A stretch of 64,000 bases of DNA from Chloroflexota bacterium (GCA_040289115.1 PSKS01000001.1:16081-80080); one strand, 5' to 3'. Positions 30,797-42,884 are shown, counted from the stretch's first letter. Translations and numbers: made by a program. The notes: generated by a model not told the origin, from the sequence alone.

Positions 30797-31554
30797 CAGG
30801 CCCGAACCTCCTCGAGGAATTTCTTGAGGGCCGGAATCAGTACCCGGGTGACCCCGCCGCAGAAGTACTGAACGCCCCGCTCCCGCCAGTAGCGGGTCCA
30901 CTCAGGGTCGATGGCCAGGGTGCCGGCGACCCGGCCGGCAGCCCGGATCTGCCGAACGGCCTCCTCGATGGCCGCCATCACTTCGGGATGGCGGGGATTG
31001 CCGGGGTGCCCCAGGGAAGATGATATGTCGGTGGGCCCGAGGAAGAAGACGTCAACCCCGTCAACCCGGAGCATCTCGGGCAGGTTATCCAGGGCCTGCC
31101 GGTTCTCCACATGGGTAATGAGCAGAAGCTCCCGGTTGGCCGCCGCCACATACTCGGCCAGGGGCGTAAGGCCGTAATCGGCAGCCCGGATGCTGGCCAG
31201 ACCCCGGCGGCCCAGGGGCGGGTAACGAACGGACTGGGCAGCCAGGCGGGCCTCCTCGGCCGTGTTAATCATCGGCAGGTGAACGCCCAGGGCCCCGATA
31301 TCCAGGTAACGCAGGATAACCTGCTGGGCATTCTGGGCCACCCGGATTATCGGGATTATGCCGGAAAGCTCAGCCGCCCGGACCATCTCCAGGCACTGGG
31401 TAAGCTCGAGGGGCCCGTGCTCGGCGTCGAAAATCATGAAGTCGAAACCTAGCCGGCCGGCTATCTCGACGATGTTCGGCGCGTAAAAGTCGATGAAAAG
31501 GCCGTAGACGCACTCGCCAGCTGAAAGCTTGGCCCTGACGGGGTTGGGGCGCAC
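30796..31554 (-). CDS. HpcH/HpaI class II aldolase family protein
   Basis: GFDFMIFDAEHG, LDIGALG, RYPPLGRRG and FLGPTDIS motifs; GGAGG SD. Confidence 0.9.
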   Translation of the reverse strand: MRPNPVRAKLSAGECVYGLFIDFYAPNIVEIAGRLGFDFMIFDAEHGPLELTQCLEMVRAAELSGIIPIIRVAQNAQQVILRYLDIGALGVHLPMINTAEEARLAAQSVRYPPLGRRGLASIRAADYGLTPLAEYVAAANRELLLITHVENRQALDNLPEMLRVDGVDVFFLGPTDISSSLGHPGNPRHPEVMAAIEEAVRQIRAAGRVAGTLAIDPEWTRYWRERGVQYFCGGVTRVLIPALKKFLEEVRA

Positions 31555-31611
31555 GTTCTCCTCCGCTTAACGAAGCTTTCGGCCAAGAGGATAAACCACC
31601 TGGGCCTGGAA

Positions 31612-32289
31612 TTACAAGGCCAGGTCGGCCAGGCTGCGGACGACCGGAAGGTCCTCGGGCAGGTCGGCCGCCGGCGGGCGGACGATAAGAAAGCCGCGGA
31701 GCCCAACCTCCCGGGCGGCCCGAACGTGCCGGGGCAGGTCGTCGACGAAAAAGGCCTCCTCGGGCTGAAGCCCCAACCTGCCCAGCCCCAGGTCAAAAAT
31801 CGCCGGGTCCGGCTTGGCCAGCCCCACCTCGGCCGAGATGATTATGACGTCGAAATAGGCCGTAAGGCCCAGCCGGTCGATGGCCTCCCGGAAGGAGGGG
31901 GCGGCGTTGGAGAGGATGCCGAGCCTCAAGCCCCGCCGCCGCCAGGCCTCCAGGGCCGGAACCGTATCCGGGAAAAGCTCTAGAAAGTTGAGATAATCCG
32001 CCGCCTCGGCTAGGCGGCGGACCAGCCCCGGGCTGGTGGGGAGCTTAAGGGCCGAAAGGACCCGCCGGCAGTAGGCCCGCCAGAGCCGCTGTTCTTCGGC
32101 CCGGGTCCGGACGTTGGGCTCGGGCCAGTTGAATTCCAAGTCGGCCTCCAGGGTTACCCGCTCCAGGGCCTCTGGGTCCGGGTCGAAGCCAGCCTCCCGC
32201 AGGAACCGACCGAGCCGGTCGGCCCGGGTATATTTGACCCGGAAGAGGGTGCCGCCGGCGTCGAGCAGGGCCCCTTTAAGGCCGGACAC
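31612..32289 (-). CDS. HAD-superfamily hydrolase (subfamily IA)
   Basis: LLDAGGTL, ILSN, KPDPAIF and FVDD motifs. Start re-called to GTG 32289. Confidence 0.85.
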   Translation of the reverse strand: MSGLKGALLDAGGTLFRVKYTRADRLGRFLREAGFDPDPEALERVTLEADLEFNWPEPNVRTRAEEQRLWRAYCRRVLSALKLPTSPGLVRRLAEAADYLNFLELFPDTVPALEAWRRRGLRLGILSNAAPSFREAIDRLGLTAYFDVIIISAEVGLAKPDPAIFDLGLGRLGLQPEEAFFVDDLPRHVRAAREVGLRGFLIVRPPAADLPEDLPVVRSLADLAL

Positions 32290-34153
32290 CTGGCACGTGC
32301 CTCCGCAGAAAGTCCACGACCCGCCGGAAGGCGTCGATGCGGTTCTCCCGCCGGCTGAAGCCGTGGCCCTCATTTGCGTAGATTTTGACCTCCACCACCC
32401 CGCCGGCCGACCGGACGGCCTCAGCTATTTGGCGGGTCTCCTCTACAGGACACCGGATGTCGTTGGCCCCGGCCAGCAGCAGAAGGGGAGCCTTAATCCG
32501 GTCGGCGAAGAAGATGGGCGAGCGGTCCCGCCAGAGCTCGGCGTCAATAACCGGGTCGCCCATCATCACCCGGTCGTAGGCCTGGAGGGTGGGGTCCTCG
32601 TTTTCGAATTCGGTGAACCAGTTGGCGAAGGGCACAATGGCTACCCCGGCCGCCCAAAGGTCCGGGTATTTGGCCAGGGCCATCAGGGTGAGGTAGCCGC
32701 CGTAGGAAGCGCCCATAACGGCGACGGCCTTCGGGTTAACGTAGCCGGACGCCCTGAGAAAATCGAGGGCGGCCACCACGTCCCGCAGGTCGCCCCCGCC
32801 CAGGTCCCTGCGGTTGGCCTCCTGGAAGGGCCGCCCAAATCCGGTGGAGCCCCGGAAGTTTGGGGCGATGACGATAAAGCCGTGGGACACCAGGAACTGG
32901 ATATCGGGGAACCAGCCGTTCTGGTGCTGCCAAGTTGGACCGCCGTGGGCGTAGACAACGGCCGGGTGCGACCCGTCCGGCCGGATGTTGGGCGGAACGT
33001 AGACGAAGGCGGCAATCGGGGTACCGTCGAAGGACCGGTAGACCGCCAGCTGCGGGCGGACGAAACTTCGCCGACTCAGGCCCCCGACCAGGCTCCGGGT
33101 GAGCCGGTAGATGCGGCCCGTCGGTCGGTCCAGCCGCCAGGCCTCCGGGGGCGAATCCGCCGAGGCGTAAAGGAGCAGGAGGCGTCGACCGGAAGGGTGA
33201 AACTCAGCTGAAAGGCAAACCCCTTCCGGCAGGGGTATCGGGGTCTCAGGGCCATCGGGGTGGCGGATAAAGGCCTGGTGGCTTCCGGCTACATTGCGGA
33301 CGTAGACGAACTCGGGGCGCGTCCGGGAGACGGCCAGGGCATAGCTTTCCCACTCCCCCAAGGTGAGCCAGTCCACCCAACCGGTTGTGGTGTCCAGCAG
33401 GCCGACGGCCTCAACGTCGGCCCCATTGGCATTGGAGTTTATAACCAGGTGCCGGCCATCGGGCAGCCAGTCGACAACGGTGGTGATGTGCTCCCCGTCC
33501 AGCGGGATGAGAACCTTCTCCTGGCGGGTATCCAGGTCAAGAAGGGTAATCCCGGAATGGAGAAAGTCGTGGGTTCGGGTAAGTGCGAGGCGTCGGCCGT
33601 CGGGACTCCAGCGGAGGCTGGCGCACTGGCCGTGTTCGGTTCCGGCGACCCGGGTAATCTCGGCCGTTACAACGTCGGCCAGGTAGACGGCGTATTGGCC
33701 CGGCCCGTCCCTTTCGGCGGCAAAGGCGACGAATCGGCCGTCGGGCGACCAGCGGATGCTCCGGTAGCCGACGCCTTCGGTTCGGGTGAGGTTACGGGGG
33801 CGGCCACCGGCGGCCGGAAGCAGAAAGATGTTCGGCTTCTCATTGCCGGCCCGGTCCTGGGTGTAAATGAGCCAGCGGCTGTCGGGGGAGGGCCCTTCAA
33901 GACGGGTGCGCTCGTCGGAGACGGTGAGCTGTTCGGGCCAGCCACCACCGGCCGGCATCCGCCAGATGTTGAAGCGGCCGGTGATGTTGGTTTCCAGGTA
34001 GATAAACCGGCCGTCGGCCGACCAGCGGGCGGCCGCCAGCTGGTGGGCGTGGTATAGGGCCTCCAGGTCCAGGGGGGCGTAGCCGGGACGCCGGGGACTT
34101 TTAATCGGTTCGGTTTTAAGGCGCGCCGCCGGGGTCGGAATCACGGCTGGCAT
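32276..34153 (-). CDS. S9 family prolyl oligopeptidase/acylaminoacyl peptidase
   Basis: WSPDG propeller repeats, HGGP, GASYGG (Ser), NDIRC (Asp) and EGHGF (His). Confidence 0.93.
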   Translation of the reverse strand: MPAVIPTPAARLKTEPIKSPRRPGYAPLDLEALYHAHQLAAARWSADGRFIYLETNITGRFNIWRMPAGGGWPEQLTVSDERTRLEGPSPDSRWLIYTQDRAGNEKPNIFLLPAAGGRPRNLTRTEGVGYRSIRWSPDGRFVAFAAERDGPGQYAVYLADVVTAEITRVAGTEHGQCASLRWSPDGRRLALTRTHDFLHSGITLLDLDTRQEKVLIPLDGEHITTVVDWLPDGRHLVINSNANGADVEAVGLLDTTTGWVDWLTLGEWESYALAVSRTRPEFVYVRNVAGSHQAFIRHPDGPETPIPLPEGVCLSAEFHPSGRRLLLLYASADSPPEAWRLDRPTGRIYRLTRSLVGGLSRRSFVRPQLAVYRSFDGTPIAAFVYVPPNIRPDGSHPAVVYAHGGPTWQHQNGWFPDIQFLVSHGFIVIAPNFRGSTGFGRPFQEANRRDLGGGDLRDVVAALDFLRASGYVNPKAVAVMGASYGGYLTLMALAKYPDLWAAGVAIVPFANWFTEFENEDPTLQAYDRVMMGDPVIDAELWRDRSPIFFADRIKAPLLLLAGANDIRCPVEETRQIAEAVRSAGGVVEVKIYANEGHGFSRRENRIDAFRRVVDFLRRHVPGVRP

Positions 34154-34358
34154 CTCTCAGGCAGGAATCTCCCCTCACTACGTTTTAAACCAGCCAGGGT
34201 CCTGGGAGCAAACCCTGAAGGCAGCCCGTTGGTGAAACGCCCGGCCGTATGCCCCAAGCCGGGGCATTCCCCACCCCCTGGGCCGCCCCCGCTAGGCTAT
34301 AATAATAAGGTGGACGCTTGTCCGGCGTAGCCTGAAGCTCCCGAGGTGGTAGGTGACC

Positions 34359-34643
34359 ATGCCAACGTATGAGTACCTTTGTGAAAGCTGCGGTTTTCGG
34401 TTCGAAAGGTTCCAGCGCATTACCGAAGACCCCATCTCCCATTGCCCCCGCTGTCAGGGGGCTGTCCACCGGGTATTTTACCCGGTGAGTATCATGTTCA
34501 AAGGCCGCGGCTTCTATAGCACCGATTACAGCCGCGGCAGTGCCGCCTCCGGGAACGGTAAGGTCGAGGAATCCCCAAAGACCGAAGCCGAACGGGCTGA
34601 GGCCGGTACGGAAGGCAAGTCCTCGGATAAGTCGACAACTTAG
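34359..34643 (+). CDS. FmdB-family zinc-ribbon protein
   Basis: MPTYEYLCESCG...CPRC...FKGRGFYSTDY; TATAAT at 34298-34303 upstream. Confidence 0.88.
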   Translation: MPTYEYLCESCGFRFERFQRITEDPISHCPRCQGAVHRVFYPVSIMFKGRGFYSTDYSRGSAASGNGKVEESPKTEAERAEAGTEGKSSDKSTT

Positions 34644-35081
34644 TTGCGGGCCGTTGTCCAACGGGTCAGCCGGGGCGCTGTCCGGGTCGGAGACGAGCTG
34701 GTCGCCGAGATCGGACGGGGCGTCGTCGTTCTGGTGGGGGTAGGCCGGGACGATTCGGAAGCCAACGCCCGCCGGCTGGCTGAAAAGGTTGCCCACCTGC
34801 GCATCTTCCCAGATGAGGCCGACCGGATGAACCGGTCGGTCCTGGACATCGGGGGTGAGGTGCTAGTGGTAAGCCAGTTTACCCTGCTGGCCGACACTAG
34901 CCGGGGCCGGCGGCCCTCTTTCGTCAATGCGGCCCCGCCCGACCAGGCCGAACCCCTCGTAAGCCTCTTTGCCAGGGCGTTGCAAGAACTGGGTTTAACG
35001 GTGAAGACTGGCCGTTTCGGGGCCCAAATGCTGGTGGAGGTCTTCAACGACGGCCCCGTAACCATCATCCTGGAGGCTTAG
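34644..35081 (+). CDS. dtd: D-aminoacyl-tRNA deacylase
   Basis: MRAVVQRV, VSQFTL, GRRPSF and NDGPVT motifs. Confidence 0.96.
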   Translation: MRAVVQRVSRGAVRVGDELVAEIGRGVVVLVGVGRDDSEANARRLAEKVAHLRIFPDEADRMNRSVLDIGGEVLVVSQFTLLADTSRGRRPSFVNAAPPDQAEPLVSLFARALQELGLTVKTGRFGAQMLVEVFNDGPVTIILEA

Positions 35082-35088
35082 CCAACCC

Positions 35089-36021
35089 CTACCGGAGCTT
35101 GCCGATAAATTCGGCCAGGCCCTCCCGCCCATCGACCCTGACCCGGGGCAGGGTGAACCGCTGTTCAAGCCGCAGGATATTCCCCGGACGGGTGGTCACC
35201 GCCGTCTGGTAGCCGGCCGCATCCACCAGGCCTGCCACCGTCGGGTTATAGCGGCCGGCCGGGTAAGCGAAGTCGGCCACGGCCACCCCCAATCGTTCCT
35301 CCAGCCGCTGCTTGCTTAAGAAGATTTCCCGGCGGGCCCGGTCGGGGGTCACTGTGGTGAGGTCCGGGTGGGTGAGGGTATGGGAACCGACGGTAACCAG
35401 CCCCTCCGAAACCAGGGTTGAAAGCATCTCCCAGGTAAGGTAGGCCGGCCGGTCCAGAAAATCTACGATGACGTAGACGGTAGCCCGAAAGCCCCGGGCC
35501 TTCAGGACCGGGTAGGCTGCCGTGAAGAAATCCCGATAGCCGTCGTCGAAGGTTAAAACCACGGGCTTAGGGGGCAAGGGACCGCCGACAGTCCAGGCAG
35601 CGTAAACATCTGCTAAGGTCACCGGGGTAAATCCGGCCTCGGCCAAGTAGGCCATTTGCCGGCCGAAAAGGTCGGGGTTTACCGAAAGCCCGGCCCCGAT
35701 CCGATCGACCGGGTTAGGGTTAACCCGGATGTAATGATACATGAGGATGGGGACCCGGAGGGTCAGCTGGGATGCCATTGGGGCCGTGGACACCGGACCG
35801 ACGGCTTCGGGCTGGTGGCTGGCCGGAATAACCATCGGGGGCGGGGTTGGCTCGGGCGGGGCCGAACGGGTCGACTGGCCATACTCTTCCGGCGGGATAA
35901 GCACCGAATGCCCAGAGAATACTTCCGCCGGGACGTTCGCCCGGTCCTTAACCGGCGGACCGGTTGCCGCCAGTACGAGCAGGCAGAGCAGGGCTACTTG
36001 CAGGAATCGGCTTCGATTCAC
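35089..36021 (-). CDS. Secreted polysaccharide deacetylase (CE4, PgaB/IcaB-like)
   Basis: Signal peptide, ILMYH, LTFDDGY, SHTLTH and FAYPAG motifs. Confidence 0.88.
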   Translation of the reverse strand: MNRSRFLQVALLCLLVLAATGPPVKDRANVPAEVFSGHSVLIPPEEYGQSTRSAPPEPTPPPMVIPASHQPEAVGPVSTAPMASQLTLRVPILMYHYIRVNPNPVDRIGAGLSVNPDLFGRQMAYLAEAGFTPVTLADVYAAWTVGGPLPPKPVVLTFDDGYRDFFTAAYPVLKARGFRATVYVIVDFLDRPAYLTWEMLSTLVSEGLVTVGSHTLTHPDLTTVTPDRARREIFLSKQRLEERLGVAVADFAYPAGRYNPTVAGLVDAAGYQTAVTTRPGNILRLEQRFTLPRVRVDGREGLAEFIGKLR

Positions 36022-38084
36022 TAAGGTCGTTCGGTGTCGTTGGGCTCGGGTAGCTGCTGTTTAGGGGCCTCTAGGGCCGGGTACTCGATCCGGGGGTGGT
36101 AGATTCCCCGCAGACCCTCTTTAAGGGCCCCCTTGATCCGTTCGATATCCCCCAGGGTGAGGTCGCACTCGTCCAGCTGGCCCTCGGCGATGCGCAGGGC
36201 CACCATCCGGTCGACGATGGCATCCAGCTCCTCGGGGGTGTGGGAGCGGGCGCTTCGGGCGGTAGCCTCGACGGTGTCGGCCAGCATCAGGATGGCCGCC
36301 TCTTTCGAGCGGGGTTTCGGCCCGGGGTAACGAAACTCCTCAGGGGAAACGTTCAACCCCAGCTCCTTGGCCCGGTGGTAAAAGTACTGAATCAATGTGG
36401 TCCCGTGGTGCTCGGCGATGAGGTCGCGGACCCGCCCCGGAAGCCGGTGGCGCCGGGCCAGCTCCAGGCCGTCGGTTACGTGGGCGCGGATGAGCTCGAC
36501 ACTAAGCCGGGGGTCAAGCCGGTCGTGGATATTTTCCCCGGGGGCCTGGTTTTCGGTGTAGAAGCCGGGCCGCAGGAGCTTGCCGATGTCGTGGTAGTAG
36601 GCCCCAACCCGGACCAGCAACTTGTCGGCCTTTACGGCCTCGGCCGCCCGTTCAGCCAGGTTCCCGACAATCAGTGAGTGGTAGTAAGTCCCAGGGGCCT
36701 CGGCCAGCAGCCGCCGCAGCAGGGGCTGGTTGGGGTCGGCCAGCTCCAGCAGGTGCGAGCCCGTAGTTATTCCGAAGATGTAGCCCAAGACGGCCAGCGA
36801 CCCCACCGTCAGGGCGGCGGACAGCAACCCGTTTACCAGACACAGGAAGCCGAGGATGGCCAGGCTCATCGGCTCCAGGTCCCGAACCATCAGCCGGAAG
36901 CCTAAGGTTGCCGCCAGGCCGGCTAGGGCGACCCCAAGCCCGGCCAGAAAGAAATGGTGGGTGCGGGCGCTGGACCGGGCGGCCAGCAAACCTGCCAGGC
37001 CTGTTGCCAGGCCGTAAACTGCCAGCTGGGGGGTCCCCGACCCCACCACCATTAAGAGTCCGACTAAAGTAACCAGGCCGGCCAGACCGACCCCGGGGCC
37101 TAAGAGGGCCCCGGCCAGCATCGAGACGGCCGCCGCCGGGAAGGCGAGCTCGTAGTAGGGCCGACCCGGAATGGTCAGCCGGGCCGCCAGAACCGCCCCC
37201 ACAATGAGCACGGCGATAAGCCCAAACCTGCGGACTGACAGAATGGTCCGCGGTTCAAAGATCGCCAGGTAGCCGGCCAGCGCCGCAGCGAGGCTGGCCG
37301 CAATTAGGCCCACCGACCCGAGATGGTAAAGGTCGATGCCGCCGCTCGAGAGGCCAGTAGCGGCCAGCTTCTCCAGGGCCACAACGGTGGCCACCTCCCC
37401 GTCCCGCAGGATGACTTCCCCGGCCTCAACCGTCACTACCACCGGCTCTACCCGCCGACGGGCCGCCTCCCGGGCCGCCTCGGTCTGGGCCGCATCCACT
37501 ATGAGGTTGGGAACGATGTGGGCCCGAGCCAGCTCGACGGCAACCCGGGCCTGGAGGGGATTCAGGTCGACGCTTAACTGGGTCGGAAGCTGGTCCCGAA
37601 CCGCGCCAACCTGTTCGGCGGTTATCCGATTGCGCATCGCCTCCGATACCAACCGGACGGCCTCATTCCGGGCCTGATTCCACTCGGCTTCGGAGAGGCG
37701 TAAGACGGCCAGGATGCCTTCGGGGGAGAGCCCAGCCTCCGACAGGCGGCTAAGTTGGGTTCGCTTTTCGTCGTCAGTTAAGTTGGTCGACTGCCTAATG
37801 GCCGTGATCTGGTCCCCCAGGTTGCGGAGCCGTTGGACCTGCTGCCCGGCCAGGGCCGGGTCGTAGGCGTAGATATCGGCCACCCGAGCCGCGGCCTCTT
37901 CCCGGGCCTGGTTAGTGAGGAACTGGCTTACGAACTGGACCCGGCGGGGGGATTTTATGGTCTGGCGGGCAACGTCACCTTCCCGGAGCTGAAACTGGCC
38001 TGGCAGAAACTGGATTCCAAGGGTTAAAGTGAGGCTTACTGCTAGGACGGCCCAGAACAGGAGGGCCCTGGTAGGGAGCCGCAT
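36021..38084 (-). CDS. pgpH: 7TM-HD family phosphohydrolase, PgpH-like c-di-AMP phosphodiesterase
   Basis: Extracellular 7TMR-HDED domain, 7 TM helices, APGTYYHS, YYHDIGK, EHHGT, FRYPGPKP and MLADTVEA motifs. Confidence 0.85.
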   Translation of the reverse strand: MRLPTRALLFWAVLAVSLTLTLGIQFLPGQFQLREGDVARQTIKSPRRVQFVSQFLTNQAREEAAARVADIYAYDPALAGQQVQRLRNLGDQITAIRQSTNLTDDEKRTQLSRLSEAGLSPEGILAVLRLSEAEWNQARNEAVRLVSEAMRNRITAEQVGAVRDQLPTQLSVDLNPLQARVAVELARAHIVPNLIVDAAQTEAAREAARRRVEPVVVTVEAGEVILRDGEVATVVALEKLAATGLSSGGIDLYHLGSVGLIAASLAAALAGYLAIFEPRTILSVRRFGLIAVLIVGAVLAARLTIPGRPYYELAFPAAAVSMLAGALLGPGVGLAGLVTLVGLLMVVGSGTPQLAVYGLATGLAGLLAARSSARTHHFFLAGLGVALAGLAATLGFRLMVRDLEPMSLAILGFLCLVNGLLSAALTVGSLAVLGYIFGITTGSHLLELADPNQPLLRRLLAEAPGTYYHSLIVGNLAERAAEAVKADKLLVRVGAYYHDIGKLLRPGFYTENQAPGENIHDRLDPRLSVELIRAHVTDGLELARRHRLPGRVRDLIAEHHGTTLIQYFYHRAKELGLNVSPEEFRYPGPKPRSKEAAILMLADTVEATARSARSHTPEELDAIVDRMVALRIAEGQLDECDLTLGDIERIKGALKEGLRGIYHPRIEYPALEAPKQQLPEPNDTERP

Positions 38085-38089
38085 CCGGG

Positions 38090-38560
38090 TCAGTGGGCTT
38101 CCCGGGCCAGCAGCTCCTGGACCACCTCGCTGACCAACCGACCCTCAGCCCGCCCCCTCACCCTGGGCATCAGGCGAGCCATGACCTTGCCCACGTCGCG
38201 GGGTCCGCTGGCCCCCACCTCGGCCATCACCTGCCTAGCAAGTTCGGCGACCTCCTCGCGGCTGAGCTGGGCCGGCAGGTAACGCCCTAGGATTTCCAGT
38301 TCGGAGCGTTCTTTGGCCGCCAGATCGAGCCGGCCGCCCTTTTCAAACTCGGCGATGCTCTCCCGGCGCTGGCGGATCTGGCGGGCGATAACCTCGTAGA
38401 CCTCGGCCTCCTCGAGTGGTCGGCCCCGCTCCACCTCGGCGTAGCGGATGGCCGAGCGGAGCAGGCGGAGGGTTTCGCGGGCTATAACGTCTTGGCGTCG
38501 GGTCGCGTCGAGAAGATCAGCCTGAATGCGGTCTAGAAGCCGCTGACCACTTTCATTCAT
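38090..38560 (-). CDS. yqeY: GatB/YqeY domain protein
   Basis: RQRRESIAEF, YLPAQLS and DVGKVM motifs; lies downstream of rpsU. Confidence 0.9.
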   Translation of the reverse strand: MNESGQRLLDRIQADLLDATRRQDVIARETLRLLRSAIRYAEVERGRPLEEAEVYEVIARQIRQRRESIAEFEKGGRLDLAAKERSELEILGRYLPAQLSREEVAELARQVMAEVGASGPRDVGKVMARLMPRVRGRAEGRLVSEVVQELLAREAH

Positions 38561-38588
38561 CGAAGGTTAGCCCTGGGGGCTGCCGGGC

Positions 38589-38774
38589 CTAGCCGCTGTT
38601 TCGCAGACTCTTGCGCCGCTTCACCGCGGCCTTCTTCTTCCGCTTAACGCTGGGGGGTTCGTAGTGGGCGCGCCGGCGCGCCTCCGCCAGGATCCCTTCC
38701 TGCTGAACCTTTTTGGTAAAGCGCTTGAGGGCTTGGTCGAAACTCTCGTGTTCGCTGACGATTACTTCGGTCAC
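38589..38774 (-). CDS. rpsU: 30S ribosomal protein S21
   Basis: ESFDQALKRF...YEPPSVKRKKK; AAGGAGG SD. Confidence 0.95.
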   Translation of the reverse strand: MTEVIVSEHESFDQALKRFTKKVQQEGILAEARRRAHYEPPSVKRKKKAAVKRRKSLRNSG

Positions 38775-38815
38775 TTAACCTCCTTGTCGGGCTCGAGGGG
38801 CCTTTCCCCAATCGG

Positions 38816-38932
38816 ATTATATTACATGCCTTGACTCCCCTGTCAAACCGGGCCGCCGGAAAGTCCGACCGCCCGGCGCCTGACCATCCCGTCCCGCGCC
38901 GACTTGACAGGGGATGGCGGGTTTGCTATCTT
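38816..38932. promoter_or_regulatory. Divergent promoters for rpsU and the DUF59 operon, sharing an 11-bp inverted repeat
   Basis: Plus strand: TTGACA (38904-38909), N17, TATCTT (38927-38932) with TGn extension. Minus strand: TTGACA (38841-38846) followed by TAATAT or TATAAT. Inverted repeat TCCCCTGTCAA (38836-38846) / TTGACAGGGGA (38904-38914). Confidence 0.65.
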
Positions 38933-38964
38933 CAACCAGACTCTAGGAGGCGGCGAGCGGGGCT

Positions 38965-39720
38965 GTGGACAGCGCCTTTGCGGCGGCAGTCAGGCGGCGG
39001 CTCGAAGAAGTTCTTGACCCCGAACTGGATGAGTCCATCGTAAGCCTCGGCTTTGTCAGGGGTCTCGAGCTTAAAGACAGCGTCCTGACCGTAACCCTGA
39101 AGCTTCCCACCTTCTGGTGCGCCCCGAACTTTGCCTTCATCATGGCCGAAGATGTCCGTCGGGCCCTTTCAACCCTCGATGGGGTTCGGGAGGTCCGGGT
39201 CGCCCTCGAAGACCACTTCGCCGCCGAGGAGGTCTGCGGCGGGGTAAACCTGGGCAAATCCTTCCCCGAAACTTTCCCTGGCGAAGCCGAATCGGACCTG
39301 GACGCCCTTCGGGACCTTTTCCGGCGCAAGGGGTTTATCCGCCGCCAGGAGCAGGCCATCCGCACCCTGGCCGACGCCGGCCTTAGCTTTGGCCAGATTT
39401 GCGCCCTCCGCCTGGCCGACCTTCAGCTGGCCGGCGACCGGTTTATCGTTGCCGGTGAGGGGGGAAGCGTGTCCGTTCCGGCCGAGCCCATCACCCGTTA
39501 CCTTAAGCGCCGGTCGGAGTTTGGGCTTGATGCCTCCCCGGAGGGTCCCCTCTTCGTCGACCTTTCCGGGCGGCCTTTTACCCCTGAAGGCCTGGCCGCT
39601 TACCTGCGCCGGGCGCGCCTGGTTCGAACGTCCCTGGAGGCCAATGTTTTTCTCTGCCGGGCCCTGCTTGCGGCCCGCAACGCCACCGAAGGAGGAGGTC
39701 AAAATGTACCGCACGGCTGA
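38965..39720 (+). CDS. DUF59 (SufT/PaaD-like) metal-cofactor assembly protein with C-terminal extension
   Basis: VLDPELDESIVSLGFV and LPTFWC (DUF59 T-x-x-C) motifs; AGGAGG SD. Confidence 0.85.
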   Translation: MDSAFAAAVRRRLEEVLDPELDESIVSLGFVRGLELKDSVLTVTLKLPTFWCAPNFAFIMAEDVRRALSTLDGVREVRVALEDHFAAEEVCGGVNLGKSFPETFPGEAESDLDALRDLFRRKGFIRRQEQAIRTLADAGLSFGQICALRLADLQLAGDRFIVAGEGGSVSVPAEPITRYLKRRSEFGLDASPEGPLFVDLSGRPFTPEGLAAYLRRARLVRTSLEANVFLCRALLAARNATEGGGQNVPHG

Positions 39721-40735
39721 CGGGCAGGAGATTTTCGTCATCGACGGCCATATCCACTTCTGGGATGCCAGCCCCGAGAACTGGCGGAACCAATACGGTG
39801 AGGGCTGGATCCGGTGCTTCTACGATTACCACACCTCCCTGAGCCCCGCCGAATACGTCTGGCCCTTCGAAAAATACTGCAAATACAGCGAAGAAGACCT
39901 CATCAAGGACCTCTTTATCGAGGGTTACGTCGACATCGGCATCTTTAACTCGACGTACCTAACGGAGTTTTTCAAGAACGGTTTTAATACCCACGTCCAG
40001 AACAACGTCCTCAAGCAGAAATACCCCGACCGGTTCATCCTGTGCGGGACCTTTGACCCCCGCTGGGGTGAGGCCGGCCTTTATGAATTCCGGCGGATGG
40101 TGGCCGAGTATCCCATTCAGGGGCTCAAGCTTTACACCGCCGAGTGGCGCAACGGTTCCCGGGGCTGGAAGCTCACCGACCCGATGGCTTACCGCTACTT
40201 TGAGCTCTGTCGGGAACTGGGCATAAAGAACATCCATGTTCACAAAGGCCCCACCATTTACCCCCTCAATAAGGACGCCTTCGACGTCCACGACGTCGAC
40301 CAGGCTGCCACCGATTTTCCGGACCTTAACTTCATCGTGGAGCACGTAGGCCTGCCCCGGCTCGAAGATTTCTGCTGGATCGCCACCCAGGACAAGAACA
40401 TCTACGCCGGTCTGGCCGTGGCCAGCGCCTTCATTCGCCGGCGACCCCGCTATTTCGGGGAGATTATGGCCAACCTTTTGAGCTGGCTTGGCCCCGACCG
40501 GATCCTCTTCGGCAGCGACTACGCCCTTTGGTCGCCCAGATGGATTATCGAGGATTTCATGGCCTACGAGCTGCCCGCGGACATCAAACAGGAGTACGGG
40601 GTCGACCTTACCCTGGATATCAAACGCAAGATTCTGGGGGAAAACGCCGCCCGCCTTTACAGCATCGATATCGAGGTCCACAGGCAGCGGCTTAAGAGCG
40701 ACCCCATCGGCCGTCGCCTCCAGGCTGCGGCTTAA
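39704..40735 (+). CDS. Amidohydrolase_2-fold metalloenzyme (prm-cluster-associated family)
   Basis: IDGHIH, KLYTAEW, HVHKGPT, IVEHVGLPR, FGSDY and KILGENAARLY motifs. Start re-called to ATG 39704 after GGAGGAGG. Confidence 0.9.
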   Translation: MYRTADGQEIFVIDGHIHFWDASPENWRNQYGEGWIRCFYDYHTSLSPAEYVWPFEKYCKYSEEDLIKDLFIEGYVDIGIFNSTYLTEFFKNGFNTHVQNNVLKQKYPDRFILCGTFDPRWGEAGLYEFRRMVAEYPIQGLKLYTAEWRNGSRGWKLTDPMAYRYFELCRELGIKNIHVHKGPTIYPLNKDAFDVHDVDQAATDFPDLNFIVEHVGLPRLEDFCWIATQDKNIYAGLAVASAFIRRRPRYFGEIMANLLSWLGPDRILFGSDYALWSPRWIIEDFMAYELPADIKQEYGVDLTLDIKRKILGENAARLYSIDIEVHRQRLKSDPIGRRLQAAA

Positions 40736-40761
40736 CCAGGCCTTTTGACGGGAGGACAAGG

Positions 40762-42776
<2,015 letters not shown>

Positions 42777-42884
42777 CTAGCCCGCCGCGGGCCCGGCCGC
42801 CAACCATTCCCAGGCCGATGGGAAGGGGACATTTTGGCCGGCCGTCTGCTGCCGAATGTTATACTAGGGGCGGAGGTAGCTGCC

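Noticed and set aside
32114-33211. 365-aa plus-strand ORF and similar long antisense ORFs (10143-10970, 12620-13447, 39959-40759)
   Set aside because: They are shadows of well-supported genes on the opposite strand in high-GC DNA.
38915-38927. Sigma54-like TGGC...TTGC
   Set aside because: The GG-to-GC spacing is 7 rather than 10, and a sigma70 match explains the site.
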